Shown piece after piece: positions 59,169-64,000 of a stretch of DNA of 64,000 bases. This DNA comes from Spirochaetia bacterium. GTDB taxonomy: Bacteria; Spirochaetota; Spirochaetia; SZUA-6; Bin103. The position numbers were made by a program, and so were the translations under genes. The notes under the pieces were generated by a model, which saw only the letters and a list, made by a program, of their open reading frames with translations, did no database searches and was not told the DNA's origin. Position 1 is the stretch's first letter. Each line of letters starts with the position of its first letter. The stretch lies in the NCBI GenBank assembly GCA_965198005.1, contig CBDAOI010000004.1:1056001-1120000 (forward strand), given 5' to 3'.

Positions 59169-59810
59169 ATGGCTGAGACGATCTCTGCCGAGGTGCGCGC
59201 GTATCTGGATCGGCTGGTGCCGCCCCGGCATCCCGAGCTGGTCGCCATGGAGGAGTGGGCGCAGGAGCACCGGTTCCCGATCATCGGCCCCGCCTCTGGC
59301 AACCTGTGCTATCTGGTTGCACGGCTGATCGGCGCGCGACGGGTGTTCGAGCTGGGCTCGGGCTACGGGTACTCCACCGCGTGGTTCGCGCGGGCGGTGC
59401 AGGAAAACGGCGGCGGCGTGGTCCATCACGTGGTGTGGGACGAGGAGTTGTCGCGCCGGGCGCGCGCCCATCTGGCGGCGTTGGGATACGCCGGCACGGT
59501 GCGCTACCACGTGGGCGAGGCGGTGCAGGCGCTTACCGGCGAGCGCGACGCCAGCTTCGACCTCATCTTCAACGACGTCGACAAGGACGGGTACCCGGCT
59601 TCGCTGCCGGTGATCGCCGCCAAGCTGCGCTCGGGCGGCGTGTTGATCATCGACAACATGCTGATTCAGGGGCGGCTGTTCGACCCGGAGGAGCACGCCG
59701 CCGACGTCGAGGGCGTGCGCGAGTTCACGCGGATGATCACCGCCGACGACGGCTGGATCACCTCCCTGGTGCCGATCCGCGACGGGCTGATCGTCGCCCG
59801 GCGGCGCTGA
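59169..59810 (+). CDS. SAM-dependent O-methyltransferase (caffeoyl-CoA type)
   Basis: ELGSGYGYS, FD.IF.D.DK, IIDN, DGL. Confidence 0.9.
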   Translation: MAETISAEVRAYLDRLVPPRHPELVAMEEWAQEHRFPIIGPASGNLCYLVARLIGARRVFELGSGYGYSTAWFARAVQENGGGVVHHVVWDEELSRRARAHLAALGYAGTVRYHVGEAVQALTGERDASFDLIFNDVDKDGYPASLPVIAAKLRSGGVLIIDNMLIQGRLFDPEEHAADVEGVREFTRMITADDGWITSLVPIRDGLIVARRR

Positions 59811-59926
59811 CCGGTGGCCCGACACTCGGCGCCGCCGGTACCCGGTGCGGCCGCACCGCGACTTGCGCACGCGGATCGGGCATGGCATAACACTGTACCC
59901 ATGCCGTTTACGGATCGTTGCCCCCA

Positions 59927-60820
59927 GTGAAGCTGTACCTCGTCGACGGCACCTACGAGCTGTTCCGCGCGTACTACGCCGACCTCAGGAACCGCCGCAA
60001 CAATGGCGCCGCGCCGTCGCCGACCGGTGCCGTGCGCGGACTGGTGCAGTCGCTGCTGGCACTGCTGCGGCGGGACCAGGTCGACTACGTGGCGGTGGCG
60101 TTCGATCGCGTCATCGAGTCGTTTCGCAATGACCTGTTTGGCGGCTACAAGTCGAGCGCCGGCGTTCCGGAGGACCTGCTCGCGCAGTTCGCGCAGGCCG
60201 AGGAGGCGGTGGACGCACTCGGCATCGTGATCTGGTCGATGATCGAGTTCGAGGCCGACGATGCGCTGGCCACCGCCGCCGCCCGCTGGCGCGACCATCC
60301 CGAGGTGGAGCAGATCGTGATCTGTTCACCGGACAAGGACCTGATGCAGCTCGTCGAAGGCACCCACGTGGTCACCCGCACCCGGCGGCGCGATGAAACC
60401 CTGGACGAGGAGGGGGTGCGGCGCAAGTTCGGGGTCGCGCCGGCGTCGATTCCCGACTACCTCGCGTTGGTGGGCGACAGCGCGGACGGCATCCCCGGGG
60501 TGGCGCGCTGGGGCGCCAAGTCGGCCGCCACGGTATTGTCCCATTATCAGCGGATCGACAAGATTCCGGCGGACGCCGAGTCGTGGGGGGTTGCTGCGCG
60601 CGGCAAGCACGGCCTGGCCGCCAGCCTCAGGGCCGCGGTCGAGGACGTGCGGCTCTACTCGCTGCTCACGACCCTGCGGCGCGACGTGCCGCTCGCCGAG
60701 GAGTTGACCGACCTGGCGTGGGACGGCGTGCCGCGGGCGGGGTTCCTGGCGCTGTGCGACCGCCTCGGCTTCCCGGAGTTGGGGGGCCGCCCTCATCGCT
60801 GGCGTGCCCGACGTCAATGA
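59927..60820 (+). CDS. Stand-alone 5'-3' exonuclease / flap endonuclease
   Basis: LVDG, EADD, DKDL.Q, GDSADGIPGV...G.KSA; no polymerase domain. Confidence 0.92.
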   Translation: MKLYLVDGTYELFRAYYADLRNRRNNGAAPSPTGAVRGLVQSLLALLRRDQVDYVAVAFDRVIESFRNDLFGGYKSSAGVPEDLLAQFAQAEEAVDALGIVIWSMIEFEADDALATAAARWRDHPEVEQIVICSPDKDLMQLVEGTHVVTRTRRRDETLDEEGVRRKFGVAPASIPDYLALVGDSADGIPGVARWGAKSAATVLSHYQRIDKIPADAESWGVAARGKHGLAASLRAAVEDVRLYSLLTTLRRDVPLAEELTDLAWDGVPRAGFLALCDRLGFPELGGRPHRWRARRQ

Positions 60821-60836
60821 GGCCAAGACACGGTGT

Positions 60837-60864
60837 TTGCAAACCTGTCCGTACCGTGTAAGCT
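60837..60864 (+). promoter_or_regulatory. Putative promoter of the amino-acid ABC operon
   Basis: TTGCAA, 16-bp spacer, TAAGCT; strong AGGAGG RBS downstream. Confidence 0.4.
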
Positions 60865-60915
60865 ACCGGTAACCTCGGTGGGACACCGGGGACAATAACT
60901 GACAGGAGGGAGCTG

Positions 60916-61944
60916 ATGAGAATGACAGCTCGATTACGGGTAGCCCTGTTGGCTGCCGCGATCGCCCTCGTGGGCGTCGTCGCCGCGCAGGCGACCACGC
61001 TGGAGGACGTACTGGCCGCCGGCGAACTGAAGTGCGGGATCAACACGGGCTTGGCCGGCTTCGCGTTCACCGACGACATGGGTCGTTGGACCGGGTTCGA
61101 CGTGGCCTATTGCCGCGCGCTGGCCGCTGCCGTGCTGGGAGACGCGAACAAGATTTCGTTCGTCAACCTGACCGGCGCGAACCGCTTTCCGGCACTGCAG
61201 GCCGGCGAGATCGACGTGCTGTCGCGCAACACCACGTGGACGCTCTCGCGCGACGTCGACCTGGGCCTGACGTTCGTCGGCGTCAACTACTACGACGGTC
61301 AGGGCTTCATCGGCCGCACGGCGCTGGGCATCATGAGCGCCACGGAGTTGGACGGCGCTTCGGTGTGCATCCAGACCGGCACCACCACCGAGCTCAACTT
61401 GGCGGACTTCTTCCGCACCAACAACATGAGCTACGAGCCGGTGCCGATCGAGACCAATGCCGAGGCACGCGCTGCCTATGAGGCTGATCGCTGCGACGTG
61501 TACACCACGGACGCATCCGGCTTGGCAGCGACCAAGGCGACCTTCGACGATCCGGACGCGCACATGGTGTATCCGGAGATCGTCTCCAAGGAGCCGCTGG
61601 GGCCGCTCGTACGCCACGGTGACGACCAGTGGGCGGACATCGCACGCTGGGTGCTCAACGCGCTGATCATTGCCGAGGAGTTCGGCGTGAACCAGGGCAA
61701 CGTGGATGACATGGCCATGGGTACCGACCATCCGGAGATCAACCGTATGCTCGGCACCGAAGGCAGCTACGGCGAGATGCTCGGGCTTGACGCCAACTGG
61801 GCCGTGCGCGCGATTGCGGCGGAGGGCAACTACGCCGAGATCTTCGACCGCTACATCGGCCCGGACACTGCGCTGGGCCTGCAACGTGGGCTGAACGCGC
61901 TGTACAAGGATGGAGGTATCCTCTACGCGCCGCCGTTCCGGTAG
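60916..61944 (+). CDS. aapJ: General L-amino acid ABC transporter substrate-binding protein (AapJ/BztA family)
   Basis: GFDV..CRA.AAA, LSRNTTWT.SRD, YYDGQGF, SKEPLGP, GG..YAPPFR. Confidence 0.92.
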   Translation: MRMTARLRVALLAAAIALVGVVAAQATTLEDVLAAGELKCGINTGLAGFAFTDDMGRWTGFDVAYCRALAAAVLGDANKISFVNLTGANRFPALQAGEIDVLSRNTTWTLSRDVDLGLTFVGVNYYDGQGFIGRTALGIMSATELDGASVCIQTGTTTELNLADFFRTNNMSYEPVPIETNAEARAAYEADRCDVYTTDASGLAATKATFDDPDAHMVYPEIVSKEPLGPLVRHGDDQWADIARWVLNALIIAEEFGVNQGNVDDMAMGTDHPEINRMLGTEGSYGEMLGLDANWAVRAIAAEGNYAEIFDRYIGPDTALGLQRGLNALYKDGGILYAPPFR

Positions 61945-61970
61945 ACCGCCAAGCCGGTCCGCACCGTCTG

Positions 61971-62006
61971 GGCGCGGAGGACCGCTCACGAGCGGTCCTC
62001 CGCGCC
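61971..62006 (+). terminator. Strong GC hairpin after aapJ (terminator or mRNA-stabilising stem)
   Basis: GGCGCGGAGGACCGCTC-ac-GAGCGGTCCTCCGCGCC, perfect 17-bp arms, no U-tract. Confidence 0.55.
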
Positions 62007-62008
62007 GC

Positions 62009-63121
62009 CTCGTCCTGCAGCTCCTGCTGGTGCTGGGGGCGGCGCTGCTGATCGCGTTCATCGTCTCGAACACGATCGCCAACCTGCAGAGGTATGGGCT
62101 CTCGTCGGGTTACGGCTTCCTGTTCGATACGTCCGCGTTCGACATCAATCAGCGGCTGATCGACTACGATTCGACGCATACCTACGGGCGGGCGTTCATC
62201 GTCGGCGGCCTCAACACCATCCTGGTGGCTGCCCTGGGCATCGTCGCGGCTACCGTCATCGGCTTCCTGGCCGGGGTCCTGCGCCTGTCGAGCAATTTCC
62301 TGGTCAGTCGCATCGTCACCGTCTACGTCGAGTTCACGCGCAACGTGCCGTTGCTGCTGCAGATCATCTTCTGGTGGGTGATCCTGCTGGCGCTGCCGCG
62401 GGTGCGCGACGGCATCTCCCTCGCGGACACCGTCTACCTCAGCAACCGCGGCGTGCGGATGCCGGCGCCGGTGTTCGGCGAGGGCTCGATCGTGATCATG
62501 ATCGCGCTGGTCGTCGCCATCGCGGCGACCGTGATCATCGTTCGCTGGGCCAAGGCGCGCCAGGACGCGACCGGAGAGAAGTTCCCTGCCGGCTGGACCG
62601 GACTTGGGCTGATCATCGGGCTGCCGCTCGCGCTGTTCTTTGTCCTCGGCCGCCCCGTCACCTTCGACATCCCGGTGATGGGCAGGTTCAACCTGCAGGG
62701 CGGCCTCAACGTCACCCCGGAGCTGGTGGCCCTGTGGATCGCGTTGGCGACCTATACCGGCTCCTTCATCTCCGAGATCGTGCGCGCCGGCATCGGATCG
62801 GTCAGCAAGGGACAGACCGAGGCGTCCGGCGCGCTCGGCCTGCCGCCCTTGCTCACCCTGCGCAAGATCATCCTGCCGCAGGCGTTGCGCGCCATCGTGC
62901 CGCCGCTGACCAGCCAGTACCTGAACCTGACCAAGAACTCCTCGCTGGCGGTGGCCATCGGCTACCAGGATCTGGTCTCGATCGGAAACACCGTCCTGAA
63001 CCAGAGCGGCCAGGCGCTGGAGGTGATCTCCATCTTCATGATCAGCTACCTGTTCCTGAGCCTGCTCACCTCCGCGTTCATGAACTGGTACAACCGTCGC
63101 ATCGCGCTGGTAGAACGGTGA
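62009..63121 (+). CDS. aapQ: Amino acid ABC transporter permease (AapQ/BztB family); start codon unclear
   Basis: G..NT..VA, YVE..RNVPLLLQ, EIVRAGI..V.KGQ.EA, YLNLTKNSSLA. Confidence 0.85.
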   Translation, partial: LVLQLLLVLGAALLIAFIVSNTIANLQRYGLSSGYGFLFDTSAFDINQRLIDYDSTHTYGRAFIVGGLNTILVAALGIVAATVIGFLAGVLRLSSNFLVSRIVTVYVEFTRNVPLLLQIIFWWVILLALPRVRDGISLADTVYLSNRGVRMPAPVFGEGSIVIMIALVVAIAATVIIVRWAKARQDATGEKFPAGWTGLGLIIGLPLALFFVLGRPVTFDIPVMGRFNLQGGLNVTPELVALWIALATYTGSFISEIVRAGIGSVSKGQTEASGALGLPPLLTLRKIILPQALRAIVPPLTSQYLNLTKNSSLAVAIGYQDLVSIGNTVLNQSGQALEVISIFMISYLFLSLLTSAFMNWYNRRIALVER

Positions 63122-63152
63122 CACGTATAGAACGGTGAAAGCGTCCGGAACG

Positions 63153-64000
63153 ATGACCCGGTTCGAAGCGAACAGACCCGAGGCGGTGGGACAGGCTCCC
63201 GCCAATCGCGCGTTCCACCGCAGCCGGGCGGAGATGCTGCCCGGCCGCCCGGCGCCGGTGACCACCATCGGGGTGATCGGCTGGATGCGCGCCAACCTGT
63301 TTTCGAGCTGGCTGAACACGGTGCTGACCGTGGCCGCGCTGCTGCTGCTGTGGCGCATCGTGCCGCCGATGCTCGGGTGGGCGCTGTTCCAAGCCGACTT
63401 CAGCGGCGCCACCGGTGAGGAGTGTACCGGAGAGGCCGCCTGCTGGGCTTGGCTCGACCAACGCATCACTCAGTTCCTCTACGGCTTCTACCCCGCGGAT
63501 TCATACTGGCGAGTCAACGTCGCCGTGATCCTGCTGATTCCGGCGGTGGCGTACGTGCTGTTCGACAAACTCCCCTACGCCCGTTACGGCCGTCGCTTCT
63601 CGATCGCCTACGTGCTGATCGCCGCCTTTCTGCTGGTCGGCGGGTTGCCGATATACGACGAACAGGGAGAGGTCGTCGGCAGCCTGTTTGGCATTCGCAG
63701 CATTTCCACCGACAAGTTCGGCGGCTTCATGCTCAACCTGGTGGCGGGACTTGCCGGCATCGTGTTGTCGCTGCCGATCGGGATCCTGCTCGCGCTCGGC
63801 CGGCGCTCGAGCCTGCCCGTGATCCGGCTGGCCTCCGTCGGCTTCATCGAGGTGGTGCGCGGGGTGCCGCTGATCACGCTGCTGTTCGTGGCGGTCATCA
63901 TCCTGGAGCTGTTCCTGCCGGCGGGCGTCTCGCTCGATCAGCTCATCCGCGTGATGGTGATGATCACCGCCTTCTCCTCGGCCTACATGGCAGAGGTGAT
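63153..64000 (+). CDS. aapM: Amino acid ABC transporter permease (AapM/BztC family), runs off the window
   Basis: Frame from ATG 63153: GW.RANLFSSW.N, G.YP...WR, GG..L.L, LGRRS.LP, FIEVVRGVPLIT. Confidence 0.88.
   Translation, partial: MTRFEANRPEAVGQAPANRAFHRSRAEMLPGRPAPVTTIGVIGWMRANLFSSWLNTVLTVAALLLLWRIVPPMLGWALFQADFSGATGEECTGEAACWAWLDQRITQFLYGFYPADSYWRVNVAVILLIPAVAYVLFDKLPYARYGRRFSIAYVLIAAFLLVGGLPIYDEQGEVVGSLFGIRSISTDKFGGFMLNLVAGLAGIVLSLPIGILLALGRRSSLPVIRLASVGFIEVVRGVPLITLLFVAVIILELFLPAGVSLDQLIRVMVMITAFSSAYMAEV

Overview
High-GC (about 65-70% in sampled lines) bacterial chromosome segment, very likely a Spirochaetota member. The evidence is the PUR/DUF3276-rnhB-short SMC cluster, the ffh-rpsP-khpA-rimM-trmD-rplS...coaD-rpmF-acpP-rnc/cca block and the mltG-dnaG-rpoD-Zn-ribbon-rnpB-TPR-mreBCD-mrdA-rodA block, which follow the gene order I recall from Borrelia/Treponema. 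Most of the window is housekeeping: three tRNAs (Gly-TCC, Thr-TGT, Tyr-GTA), RNase P RNA, glmS, alaS, rpmB, mog, xth and an Aap/Bzt-type amino-acid ABC transporter. The most unusual region is a lower-GC cassette of overlapping genes at 47.4-51.3 kb next to an HNH nuclease. It encodes an NspC-like PLP decarboxylase, a frameshifted DUF3326 protein, a divergent RelA/SpoT-type small alarmone synthetase-like protein and a small unknown partner (candidate toxSAS/defence or signalling module). Other notable items: an operon of three lipoproteins (an S41/PDZ protein lacking its catalytic residues plus two beta-propellers, resembling a split tricorn protease), an atypical FtsH paralogue with a poly-Gly insert, a hinge-less SMC, a frameshifted barrel-like/8xIg/OmpA envelope protein, an internally deleted OppC/DppC remnant, a 58-aa gene missed by the ORF track, and a 10-bp-period repeat over a start codon. 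All calls come from motif recognition by eye; no database searches were run.
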